Part shown: positions 49,801 to 61,800 of the stretch, piece after piece
Layout of the letters: every line of letters begins with the position of its first letter
How positions within the stretch are numbered: the first letter of the stretch is position 1
NCBI GenBank assembly: GCA_900088475.1
Contig: FLMG01001546.1
Span: 86,104 to 150,103, forward strand
Direction of reading: 5' to 3'
From: Hyphochytrium catenoides
Lineage: Eukaryota; Protista; Hyphochytriomycota
Length of the DNA: 64,000 nucleotides
Notes under the pieces: model-generated
Database searches by the model: none
What the model saw: only the letters and a program-made list of their open reading frames with translations
Told to the model about the DNA's origin: nothing
Position numbers and translations under genes: made by a program

Positions 49801-52800
49801 TCTCCATGGGGCTACGAGCCTCAGAGATGCTGCTGGTGCCGTTATTTCTGGAAAGACTTGCAATCTTTCGTGCCTCCACGGCATCCGAAAAAAATGTGAT
49901 GATATAGTTCTGCTCCTCTAAGGTAAAGGCCTTCAAGTTCAAGTTATCCCAGAGAACTGATATCTGCCAGTATAGCAAACATCAGAACTGCAGCCCATAT
50001 GGTCCAGTATCAGAGGTTAATAGAAGTCAAGGCCGTGATCATGGGAATGCAGATCCCTGTTATAACGATCACATAGCTGAAGGAAAGGCCAAACATACAG
50101 ACCCCTACGGATAGCCACCACAGCTTTTCTTACCTCATTTTGGGAGAAGGAGAGCTTCTTGTCCGCTCGAAGCAGAGACTTCAAAAACTCCACCCGGCAG
50201 CGGATCTGATAAAAGTAAGTAAATCGACAGCCTTGGCTCCTGAAGAAAGGCAAAACCTGCTGGTTGAACTCTGCACTCTTCCCATCAGTAAGAGGGTGTA
50301 CTATAAGATCAGTCTTGTTCTTTCTCTGCAGATACAGATGTACCTCCTCCTTGAAATGGATGAGGTCTGCAAAGAACGGAGGAAGAAGGTTCTGGTTCCT
50401 AAGCCACGATACTACATCTGCTCGGGTCCTAGTGAACATGTTCACGCAGCCTGAGACAATCTCCAAAGCTTGGGGGACGCTATGGTGGTTCTTAATGCTC
50501 TCCAGTGCCATTTCCATGTACCGGCGTCGAAGATGGGCACCGTAGACGCCTTCCAAAACGAGCTTTAGCTTTTGCAATGACTCTACACCCAAGCTCTCAG
50601 ACACTAGTGTGCTATCTTGAGATAGCATCCAGAGCAAGTCGACTGTCTCAAGTGTGGAATCCTGCACGAGCTGTTGATGATAGGCTGAACCGCCATACCA
50701 ACCTTCATTGATGTAGGACCAAGCAGGTACCGTCGCCTCCAAATGGCACATTGCGAAAGCATAAACTAAGTTTAGCGTGTCCATTGAGTGCGAGGATGGC
50801 GCTAGCGAACGCAGCTTAAGGACCAGCTTATGAGCCAAATCTTGGTTGAGGTTGCCTACAATCTCTTCCAATACATAGAAAGCGGTAGAGCGATGTTCCT
50901 GACTACCCTGGGACGCCTCCCAGAGCACTTCCATGATTTCCTCTGTCAAAGAGTTCTCACCAGCCAAAAAGCGTAAAATATCAGGTGAGCGGCGCATGAG
51001 CTGCTCATGCGCCAAGGGCCCAATGAAGATAGTCCTAAGTATGTGATGCTCATTTAACCAGGCGCAGAATCGCTGTGCCGAGATAGCCTTCGTTACTGGC
51101 ACACGCTCAATAACATATTTGCCTGACGCAGTGGACTCCACCTTAAACCCGCGGGGGTAAAACTACTCATGGAAAGTATCAAAAAGGTGTTAATGACAGT
51201 ACAGCTAGGCGACTGATTAATACGTAGGGACTAACCTTGGAGTTGGTGACTCTCGTTCCTATTTCATGGACTAATCGGAGTCCATTTAGCCTTAGCTCCA
51301 GCGATTTACTGAACAAAGCAAGTCTACATAGCCTCAGCAGAAGCTCCTCAGGGATAGAAGCTGCTATTGTCCAATCGTGTAGTCTAAGCTGCAGGTGCTC
51401 CAGATGGTCAAGGGTGCTCAGTGCCAACTCTTTTGTTAGATAGCGCACTTCCTACAGGGTAAACGTAAGTCCGACTTCCATATCGTAAATTCCGTCATAA
51501 CGTCGTGGCCCGTTCCCCCCATCGCTTAAGCCTCCACTTTGCCTCACGCTTACCTTGTCCGTCATGAGCTCAAACCTAGCTCGAATAGCCTCAACAAAAG
51601 TTGACAGGACTTCTTGGGCCATTCGCTTGGAAAGAATTCGACTAATATTCGCCATCGCCACCACTAGAGAATGCATGATAGGAAGGCTAACTGTCTCAGC
51701 ATTCTCTTTTAGTCTATCTAAGATGGAAGTGAAGCCCTCAATCTGCGCAAAATAGTTGACGTTACGCACTAACCATAAGGAAACCCCCTCCTGCTTCCTG
51801 TAGACAACAACAGCCTCGGGTTTGTCATCATCGTCAACCACAGGCTCGTCAATGTCTAGCCGTGCAAGCCCATGGCCCCGTCTCCCACCAGATCTCGTTT
51901 TGGCCGCTGCTAGGCGTTCTGATGAGACTGGAATCCACTCGTCATAGTCCCGATTCCGACCAAAGGTAACCACAAACACCTCTTCCTCTGATGATACTTT
52001 CGCTGGTCGAGGTTGGGGACCATACGCGTTAGTATTGTGCAAAGACTCATCAAAAGAAGTCTGCCGCATCCGTTTGTCCACTATGAAGGCTAAAAACCAC
52101 TCATTCGCACCGTCTCGCACGTCCACAAGGCTTCCAGGATTAAGTTCCTGTCGCCAAGAAGGGCTACCGATTTCGTGGGCTGTCACATCGCCTATCGTGG
52201 TCCTATTGTCTGCCACTTTTTCTTTTTTGGTGCTTGAACCTTGACTCCATTCATCCTGGTGCTTCTCGTGTGGGAACACAACGATACTGGTTGGTACCCA
52301 GGTTGTCTGAGGTCGCTCTAACAATTGTACTTTGACTTCAGGTCTGGTAAGAGATTCTTCAAGGAGTATTGCTTTAAATACTTTTCCCGAGCTAACTCGC
52401 AACTCTATTTCGCTGCCAATGAGCGCGCTTAGATCAGGTGCCGGACTCTCGTGTCCAAAGAGCGTATAGAATCTGGCGTCCGGTTTAAAGAGGTTGGCCA
52501 AGGTGTCTGTCAGCTCTACCCAATCTTCGTCAAGCTTGGCTGCAATGATGCTAAGCACATTCTGAAAGAAATCATTGATCTCCAGCACAGGAATGTTGTC
52601 ATCTGGGTACCGCCGTTCTAGCAACGAGCGCGTTATTCTAGGCAGTGCAAAACGGTAGAAATGTTCTTCATGCTGATTCGACCCATGACCCTTCTCTATC
52701 CATCTGATCCAAGTGCTGAGCTTCCGAAGATCCTGCGTCGGATCAAGATTCTCTGAAGAAAGTTCACTATCAGAACCGCCACAACACTGCACACCAGTTT

Positions 52801-52920
52801 ATGGGACCTACCTGTCGATAACGCATTCTCCAAGAGCAAACAGTTTGTTTTGAAGTCTTCAAAGCTGTGCACCTGTAGCTGTTGCCGAGGGAGCCGCTGA
52901 ACACTCGTATCAGTGTTCAT
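43863..52920 (-). CDS. Large ubiquitin-specific protease (peptidase C19), USP9X/USP24/USP34-like
   Basis: Cys box GFVGLVNSGCVCYMNSLLQQLY, QQDAQEF, LFIHLKRF, His box LVGVVVHSGSAESGHYYSFIK, WFEFNDS and NAYMLVYER. Internal Ubl domain (LRIFRAGKEI..TLQQLGIKDG, about 48975-49224) and long helical flanks. ORFs 52696.., 51452.., 51179.., 50017.., 45446.., 44807.. and 43863.. join in frame through GT-AG introns. Confidence 0.9.
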
Positions 52921-53931
52921 TGTGAAGGGCGCTAAGGGCGTGAGACGCTCCCCGTTCCTTCACCGCGAAAATGCGCTTTAGTGGACACTCCTAATGACAC
53001 GATTAGCTTTCAATATGAAGTAGCTGCCACTCTTGCTCTCTAAGCCCTCCATCTCTCTATAGGAGCACAACTTGGGCGGCTTACCAGAGTCTGCAGGCCT
53101 CTGGCCAACTTACGATTGTCAATAATAATAGAGCGAGCGAGCTGAGGAGGAAGGAGCCTTCAGAAGCCAAACATCGTCGGAACTTCCCTCAGCTTCTTTG
53201 AGTATCTTTCTTTCTTGAGAAACGAATTTGCTGTACGAACTGTAGAAAGCAGTCGCGATAGTGCGAGTCACACGGCGCTGCTGGCGCTACTCTTTCTGAC
53301 CCTTTTTCTCCTCGACCTTCAACTTTATTATCTGTGTTTACAGTGCGAGGTGTCGCAAAACGATTATTATGGTGTTTAGCCCCAGGCCCACCCATCTTGA
53401 TGAGCCCTTTCTCAGTTATGATTCGTATACATATTGACTCAATGTGTTGGGAGTGTTGGACTGGAAAGTGGGTGGGACGCTACCGAAAAAGGAGAAAAAA
53501 AAACAAACTAAACCCCCTTTTGGTTCCACCATGTAGTGTAGGCTGACTAAGAAATAAATAAACTCCTATTTAGTTAGCGCTAATAAAGTGGCAATTGCCG
53601 CACGAGGTCAGAAGGCATCTCAGGAACTGTCCCAAGCTTGCAATCCTGTATCCTTCTCACTTGTGAGGCTAGCAGCAAGCTTGTCGCGCGTTGTTCCTTC
53701 TGGTCGAGCTTCAACATTCCATGCCCTCCGTGCAGAGGCGCAATAACAAGGCCCAGGGAAACGTTAGGTCCATGAGAAAGAAGGTGGTGTTGCTCCTGGA
53801 GAAAGGACAAATCGGTGGCCTAGCCAATGTCTGGTACTGTGGCCTGGCTATGACTCCCGATGAGCTCACATGTATGTCGCCTTAACTCATCTGAGGTGTG
53901 TCAGAGATATGGAGAATCGCTGGCGCAGACC

Positions 53932-55709
53932 TCAAGCAGGCGACTTTTCGCACTTCTTGGGGTTAAGCGATACCAGCAAACGGGGCTCTGCATCGTGGCG
54001 TCAGATGGAGAACAGAACGATGAATTTATTATACTTGTGGCAATGTTACCTTGAGACTTGCGACTGGTTACGAGTCGTGAAGGTGAAGAGTCGGCACCAA
54101 AAAATAAAGTGTCTGATAGCTGAGACCCCAAAAGAGATGTCAGCCTGTATCCAGAAACGACGCGTGTCGCGGTGCAACTCACCTCTTGTGCCAAGTTGTT
54201 TGGCGAATTGAGGAACTGGCTCAATCTAATTCGTCTGCGATATAGTAACCTTTTCTCCTTGGATAGGTGGCTTATCTCCTCTACAGGACCTGGTGCGGGT
54301 GGGGCGACAACGCCATCTCCGCTTGAAGTCTCCCCAACTGCCTCTGCAGGTTCCACAGGCTTCGCTACCCTGCCCATCCCAAAAAGGTCCAGAACCAAAC
54401 CTCCTGTCCCTACCAATTCGTCCGTACGGTTATAGGTTAGCCAGAAAAGCTGGTCATGAAGGTTATTACTTACAGAAGAATGCGTCTCGGGTTGAGACAT
54501 TCGCCTCGCGCTCCAGAAGGATAACTTGGACGCTATCGGTTTGGCCCTGCTCAGGCCGCTTGATTACGCCCAAAGTACCTGTAAGCTTATCGGCCCCTGA
54601 AAAATCGTCGAGCCTTTCGTGGTAACTCCAGTCAATTTGAAGACTGACGAACGAATGCCCATTGGGCTCTAGCAAAAGTGCGGCCACAGCTTCAGGAGGA
54701 AAGGTCAGAGAGAGCACTAGGTGCACATGTTCTTGTCCTCCAGGAAGGTTCAGCGCTTGAGCTGCAACTCTTTCGGCAGGGGTGACATCCAAATCGTCCA
54801 GAGTCGTTATCCCTGCCAGGTGGCGGATAGACTTTGCTCTATACCATGGTTGTAGGCAAAAAGGATTGCCATACAGATAGAGCTGCCTCAGATGTTTGAG
54901 AGCTTCTAGGGCAGAAAGGGTATTGGGCAAGTGGCAGAGGTCGTTATGGGCCAGATCTAGTGATAATAGGTTAGGGAGGCCTTTGACAAAGTTCAAACTA
55001 TCCTTTAGGACGTTATATCCCAGTCCAAGATGCTTTACGTTGTCCATTCTCTCGGTCACTTGCCATGAGCAGATCTCATTGCTGTACAGATCTAGAAGCT
55101 CAGCTTTGGGAGGCAGATAGGATACAGTTGAAAGATTGTTCTCGCTAAGATCCAATGCAGTCAGATTCCGTAGGCGCTTTACGCGTTTGTCGAGTATCTG
55201 CCATCGAAGAAAACGTAAGTTAACACCACTCGCTAAAGTCTCTGCACCAGCGCCTAATGTACCTTTACGCCAGATGCCTGTAAGTCTAGCGTCCTGAGTA
55301 GGTCAAAAACTCTTCTTTCTGTGACGGCTTCTTTGCCCTTAGACAGCTTCACAACAGAGTCTGCTTCCGGACTCCACTTGAAGGTCTTACTAGAACTAGA
55401 GTGCCCCTTCTTCATTACAGTGTCAGGATGGAGATTGAAGACTTCGCTAAGGTGTGGAAATGCACTTACCTTTTCCTTTTGCAGCCTCTCTTCGAACTCG
55501 TTGATCTGAAGCTTACATTCATGTTCATGAATTGGCATTTCATCTTCGATGGAGGCATCTTCCTCAGTGGTATCTTCTCCCCCTTCAGGTCCGCAGGAGG
55601 GCTGACTGGAGACGCTTCTTTGGGTCGGAACCACGCCTGTCGTCTGACGAATTAGAGTCCATAAAACACCTGTGAAGCTTGAAAGATCCTCGTCCTGCGT
55701 AGCAACCAT
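53932..55709 (-). CDS. LRRC43: Leucine-rich repeat protein, LRRC43-like
   Basis: LTALDLSENNL, LPPKAELLDLYSNEI, KHLGLGYNVL, LLSLDLAHNDL and LRQLYLYGNPFCLQPWYR..LDDLDVTPAER parallel LRRC43 (LPPTLKVLELYGNEI, QHLGLGHN, LVSLDLGFNDL, LVLQGNPLALVPYYR..LDDITVSPNEK). The 3' exon structure and stop (TGA 53932-53934) are less certain. Confidence 0.72.
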
Positions 55710-56397
55710 TTTTGCCGATCATTCAAGTGAGCTGCTGCCAGCCCAGCCAACCAACGTGGTCTAGCTTTCAGAATTGCGGCGACACTTTGAACCCCTGTCT
55801 TCTGGAGCCCTTTTGCGGCGTCCAACCCATCCTCACATAACAGGCGCTAGATGACCATGGAGACCAAATCCTACGCCGAGAGAACACCATGATGCCGACC
55901 CCAGCAGCGACGGTGAGTGACAAACCAATGCCTTCATCCCGCGTCAAAGCACCATGATAACGTACTTTCTACCACTAATAATTGTAATAAGGTGTGCTCT
56001 CTTCTTGCCTACAGAGAATTTTCCGTTACAAGCACAGGTACAGTACCCGTATAACACACTGCCCAAGAAAAAACAAACACCAAAGAGAGAAACCCCAAGA
56101 AAACCTATTATTACTGTACTCCAGTACTAAGCTGTTCTTATGGCAAGACACTTTCAGGTTACAGAGTTACAGCGCCCCGACCATGCTAAGTGTCAGAGGC
56201 TGGACAGCCCGAGAAAGGGCGCTTGCCACTCGTAGAAAGAACATAGAAGGCGTTTTGAAGCATCTGATGCTGATGATGACATAGTCGTGAGAGTCTGAAG
56301 AGCCTCGAGATTCTGAGCTCTGCCAGAACCCCCAATACACACTCTGTGCTAGATGATAGCTTCCAAGCCTTAGATAAACCCTTAGCGTCTTCAGCGG

Positions 56398-57816
56398 ATG
56401 GAAGTGTCATCGGACGATGGAGAGAAACGTAGAGTTGACGCATGCCCAAAAGCCCTTGTCCATGTCCTTGCCGATTCTTCCGCTAAAGGGCACGAGGGCC
56501 CCCCAGAGCTCACCTGTAGCGACACATCTGGACACGAGGCATTAGGCTCATCCGGACGCATTCATAAGCGAAATGCAGAAGAGAAAGGACTGCTTGACTC
56601 ACCAGCTAAAGTGAAGCTAGTCAGCCATCGCAGACTGTCGCTAGAAGAGAGGGGGGAGCTCCAGCTTCCGGCAGTGCCTATTGAGAAAAGGACCCAGAAA
56701 GCAGCCTCCGAGAACCTCTCCGCTATTATAACTCTTCTGCTGAGCATTTTTGACCTCATTGCAGATGCTCTATCGGCTGTTTCCCTCTATCAAGAAGGAG
56801 ACTACGGATGGTTCGCCGTCTGCATATTCTTTCTGCTCCTCCCTCTATTTGTTTTGATGGCAGTAGATGGTGGCGGATGGAGAGTCGCTGTGGGCGATAT
56901 CCTAAGCTTTGGCGGTTTCAAGTGTGGTTCCAGAGTGCACAGCAAGGATGGTGAGGGAGTCATCACGAGGTTCAAGTTTATCCAGACAGTCTTCGAAGAC
57001 ATCCCAGAGTTCCTCCTGCAGCTGTTTCTCGCCCTCGACAAATGGCGGGAGAGGAGTGAAGCACCAACTCCATGGATGTATCTATCCCTTGCTGTCAGTC
57101 TCCTCAGCTTGGCCTACGCTCAGACGCTTTTCTTGGATCAGGCAAAAGAAACTGCTAGCCCCTCGCCAGCTGGGTCTACACATTCGGAGCTACGGGCAAC
57201 TCCTACGGAAGATCCGATCCGCAAGACTGCATCCTGTCAGAGGTGCTTCTGGAGCTTTGTCTACTACTGTTTTGAGCTCAACTACCGCTTTCTCACAGTG
57301 GGCTTCATCTTCACCCTTCCAAAGTACGCCATTCTGGCGTATCTCAGCCTCAGCATCGGCCTCCGTTTCCTGGTGGTAGATACGAAACTGTCACCGGCGT
57401 CTTTCATGATCTTTTACTTTGCGGAGTCTACTCTCTTCCTCCAATCACCCGCTGCAGCCGTAAGAGCATTCTGGCTTGTGAATGTCGAGGGGCTAATTCC
57501 AATCTTTCTCATGCTTACCGCAGGGGATGTCGTGTTCGTCATGGTGTTCGTCTTGAGTCTTTTTAGCAAGCTCCTGCTGTATCCCTCTTACCTGGCCGGC
57601 AGGTGCAATGGAGCTGGAAGGGTCCATCCACTACCCTCATTGCCACAACCATCTTCAACCATCAACAGTGGCCGACCAAGCAATCCAATCATGGAAAAGT
57701 CTCCAAAAAGTCTCCAACGGCTGTCTCTTGTGATCAAAGTGGGCAACCTACCATCCCCTCCCAAAACAGCCAGGCACATTTCCCAGACGCAAATAATGAC
57801 CATTGCCACAGCCTGA
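56398..57816 (+). CDS. XK-related (XKR scramblase-like) multi-pass membrane protein, intronless
   Basis: 472-aa ORF with SIFDLIADALSAVSLYQEGDYGWF (DxxxD..Y..G..WF), IQTVFEDIPEFLLQL (FExxP.xxLQ), SLLSLAY and ELNYR, plus several TM segments. Confidence 0.75.
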   Translation: MEVSSDDGEKRRVDACPKALVHVLADSSAKGHEGPPELTCSDTSGHEALGSSGRIHKRNAEEKGLLDSPAKVKLVSHRRLSLEERGELQLPAVPIEKRTQKAASENLSAIITLLLSIFDLIADALSAVSLYQEGDYGWFAVCIFFLLLPLFVLMAVDGGGWRVAVGDILSFGGFKCGSRVHSKDGEGVITRFKFIQTVFEDIPEFLLQLFLALDKWRERSEAPTPWMYLSLAVSLLSLAYAQTLFLDQAKETASPSPAGSTHSELRATPTEDPIRKTASCQRCFWSFVYYCFELNYRFLTVGFIFTLPKYAILAYLSLSIGLRFLVVDTKLSPASFMIFYFAESTLFLQSPAAAVRAFWLVNVEGLIPIFLMLTAGDVVFVMVFVLSLFSKLLLYPSYLAGRCNGAGRVHPLPSLPQPSSTINSGRPSNPIMEKSPKSLQRLSLVIKVGNLPSPPKTARHISQTQIMTIATA

Positions 57817-58853
57817 CACAGACATGCTGCTGATGTCTTTGGGTCTGCCTGGCCAAGTAAAGTAACCCTACCGGACGTAGGTACAAACAAACGCCCTCGC
57901 AGCAAGCATGACGAAGACGCTATACTAAACCTGCGATCTGCACCTGATATTTAATCGAAGCGAAGGGTGACTATGCTCAGTCCATGGGCAGTCTACTCAT
58001 ACTCCCTCATCCATCTATCATCATCTAGTGTAACCGTAAAGAACCTATAGTTTAAGTGATAGATCGCGTCGAACGAGGGCCTTTTGGAGACTTTGTTTGG
58101 GTATGTTCTTGCATCGCAGATCTACTTTTTGGAGCTCTAGTTCTTCGACGAGGCCAGAGAAGGATAAAGATGTGAGAAGATCTGACAGACCGTCATCTCA
58201 TCATCACTTCCTAGACCTACACGCCTTGAACAGATGAGAAGATCCTTGTATCCTCGTGCTGGTTGGGGTGTTCTGTGTTCTCATGCCACATCCAGGCAGC
58301 CCCCAGTATTTGGATACTTCATTCTGCAAGTCTCTATGACTCCGTGTTCAATTCCTGATCAGTCATGGTGGTATCCTAGATAGAACGTTGGATACATTTG
58401 ACCCCAGACTCCGCATCTTCGTAACCCAGTCTATTCAATAATTCTGATACTGCTGAACTGGTCAGGGAGACTAGACTCAGTGATCGATAGAGTCGAATAG
58501 CGGATCCTGAGTCCTGAGCTTCAGGATTACCTTGCAAACCGATCCGCATCGCCCGCTCTGTTCCCTCCTCTCTCTTCCTTGATGAGAGACTGGGCTGTTC
58601 GTCGTTAGTAGAGACCTTGGCCTCCCTCTGCTTGGTTGGCCGCACTTCACCACTTTCTGTGTGGGAAGCATGAGCCAGCTCACGCTGACAGAAGTGCAGG
58701 AACTATACTTCTAGTGAGAGCTGACACAGAGCTCAATAAATGTCGTCTGAGCTGTTTTGAGCTCGTTGGCAACGTTGCCCAGTTGCCGGAGAAAAATCGG
58801 CATATAGCGTAGAATAGTGGTAGTGCCATCTCTTTGGACTTCGAACTGGAGCC

Positions 58854-61800
58854 ATGTCTTCCGCCTCCTTCTCTTTCTCTTCTGCACGATTGCGGAGGGT
58901 CAACTACCTACAGTTTGGAGTTTTCAGTCCGGAGGAACTGGTAGGTCGTTTATGAGGACTTGTAAGGCTATAATGAGGTTACGATTTGGCTTACTAACTT
59001 CCATGTGTATCATTTTCAGAAAGCATTGTCGGTTACGCAGCAGATTACTGTCAATGGGAAGATAATACCCGCAGGCGTTACGCGCCCGGAGGCGTACATG
59101 AATGGTCAGCCCGTCATCGGAGGCATCAATGACCCTCGAATGGGCACATGTGACTTTCGGGCACGATGCAAGACATGTGACTGCACATACAGCGGGAGTG
59201 GCAGCGGCGCGAAGGTCAATGACTGCCCCGGTCACTTTGGGCACATCGAGCTGGCACGGCCTATGTACCACGTTGGGTTCATGGATGAATGCCTCAAGAT
59301 CCTGCGATCAGTTTGCTATCATTGTTCAAAGCTGCTTGTAGATGAGGTACAGCTAAACCCTAACCCCCAATACCTCTCTCTGACATGAGACGTCAACTCA
59401 GCAAACTAATTCTTCTCTGCGTGCTGCGCTGCAGAACGACGTTCGAACCCGAAATGCCCTCCGCATCCCTCCAGGCAAAAGGCGCTTGAAGGCAGTTTAT
59501 GACCTGGCATCCACAAAGAAAGTCTGCGAGTTTGGTGATGAAAGTGATGTGGAGAAAATGAAGGAAGACATGGAAGCATCTATTGAAGGTGATGGGCTCG
59601 ATAAACGCAAAGCTGGTCACGGGGGTTGCGGTGGTCGGCAGCCAAAGTATACGAAGAAGGGTTTGAAGCTGCTGGTAGAGTTTCCAGAAGAGATGGAAGA
59701 CGTACCAGGATCTGGGGATCGAAAGCAGAATCTTCCAGCCAAGAAGGTCTGGGAGATTTTTAAGAACATTACAGACGAGGATTGTCGAAAATTAGGGCTG
59801 GATCCTCGGTGGGCCAGGCCAGACTGGCTCATATTGACTGTCTTCCCAGTACCACCTCCCCATGTCCGGCCCTCGGTGGCTTTGGATGGGATGGCGCGAG
59901 GAGAGGATGATCTAACCCACAACCTGGCTTCTATCGTCAAGGGAAACATCGCTCTCGGTACCTCCTACAACAAGGGTGAACCAGCTCACATCATTGAGCA
60001 GTTTGAAGCCCTGCTACAGTTCCATGTTGCAACCTTTATAGACAATGAGCAAAACGGTATGCCTCAAGCCCAGCAGCGGTCTGGTAAGCCTCTAAAGACA
60101 CTACGGCAACGCCTGAGGGGTAAGGAAGGTCGCATCCGCGGGAACCTCATGGGCAAAAGAGTAGACTTTTCTGCCCGTACAGTCATCACAGCCGATCCCA
60201 ACCTGGACATTGATCAGGTTGGAGTACCGAGGTCTATAGCGCTTAACCTCACGTTTCCCGAAGCTGTCACGCCATTCAACCGAAAGCTAATGCACGAGCT
60301 GGTAGCTCGCGGTCCTTTTGAGCACCCTGGCGCGAAGTATATTATAAGAGACGATGGCAATCGCATCGATTTGCGGTACATCAAGAACAAGAACGACCTT
60401 GCCATCAAAAGCGGTTGGAAGGTGGAACGCCACATGCGAGATGATGATTTGGTGCTCTTTAATCGCCAGCCATCCCTACACAAGATGTCCATTATGGCTC
60501 ACCGGGTCAGGGTGCTGGACTGGTCGACCTTCAGGCTCAATCTATCTGTGACATCACCTTATAATGCAGATTTTGATGGTGATGAGATGAATCTTCATCT
60601 TGCCCAATCGCACTCGGCTAGGGCTGAGGCTGCAGTGATGATGAAGGTCGACCGATGTGTGGTGTCGGGACAGTCCAACAAGCCGGTGATGGGCATTGTG
60701 CAAGACAGTCTTTTAGCTTCTCAGAAAATGACAAAGAGAGACGTCTTTCTGAAGAAGGATCTTGTCATGAATCTGCTGATGTGGGTATCTAATTGGAACG
60801 GCAAGATTCCGACTCCTGCCATCCTGAAGCCAACCCCTGGACAGCCAGGCAAGTATGAAGGCTATTGGACAGGAAAGCAGCTCTTCTCGCTGGTTCTGCC
60901 TCCCTTGGACTACAATGGCAAGTCGTCCACGCATCCAGACAAAGAGGGTGGCATTTCCCGTCTTACTCCGGGAGATACCCTAGTCATTATTCAGCATGGT
61001 GAGATCATGTCGGGAATTATTGATAAGAAGACACTGGGAACAGGAGGTGGTGGTCTGGTACACATAACATGGCTAGAGAAAGGTCCAGAGGAAGCCAAGC
61101 GTCTTCTGGGACAGATTCAAAAGCTAGTGAACAACTGGTTGATTACCCGGAGTTTCACGGTTGGAGCTTCAGATTCCATTGCCGATCCCGGAACCGTCAA
61201 AAGGATCGCGGAAATTATTGATAAAGCGAAGAATCAGGTGCAAGCACTGGTGCAACAAGGACAAAAAGGTGAACTGCAGCTTCAACCCGGCCGTACCATG
61301 GTTGAGACGTTCGAACAGTGGGTCAACAAGGTGTTGAATACTGCGCGAGAGGAGTCAGGAAATGAGGCTCAAAACTCGTTGGATGAGACCAACAACATCA
61401 AGGCTACAGTATCCTCAGGGTCTAAGGGTACTGTCATCAATATTTCACAGATTATCGCTTGTGTGGGACAACAGAACGTAGAGGGAAAGCGTATCCCGTA
61501 CGGCTTTCGCTACCGTACTCTTCCTCACTTCGCGAAGGATGATCTAGGGCCAGAAAGTCGCGGTTTTGTCGAGAATTCCTACCTTAAAGGGCTTACTCCA
61601 CAAGAGTTCTTCTTTCATGCGATGGGCGGTCGCGAGGGCTTGATCGATACCGCTGTAAAGACTGCAGAGACTGGGTATATTCAGCGCCGTCTGGTCAAAG
61701 CTATGGAGTCAGTGATGGTTAAGTATGACGGCACTTTGCGAAATGCTGGTGGCGAGATCGTCCAGTTTCTCTATGGAGAGGACGGTATGGACGCCGTCTG

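Noticed and set aside
56272-56316. ATGATGA followed by CTGA motifs (possible C/D snoRNA; a similar one lies near 35746)
   Set aside because: Too short, with no terminal stem and no recognisable rRNA-complementary guide.
57900-58800. Minus-strand ORFs 58376..58645 and 58477..58683 upstream of RPB1
   Set aside because: I could not assemble a convincing spliced model or recognise any family.
59354-59367. Telomere-like TAAACCCTAACCC in RPB1 intron 2
   Set aside because: Only about 2 imperfect units, which is compatible with chance.
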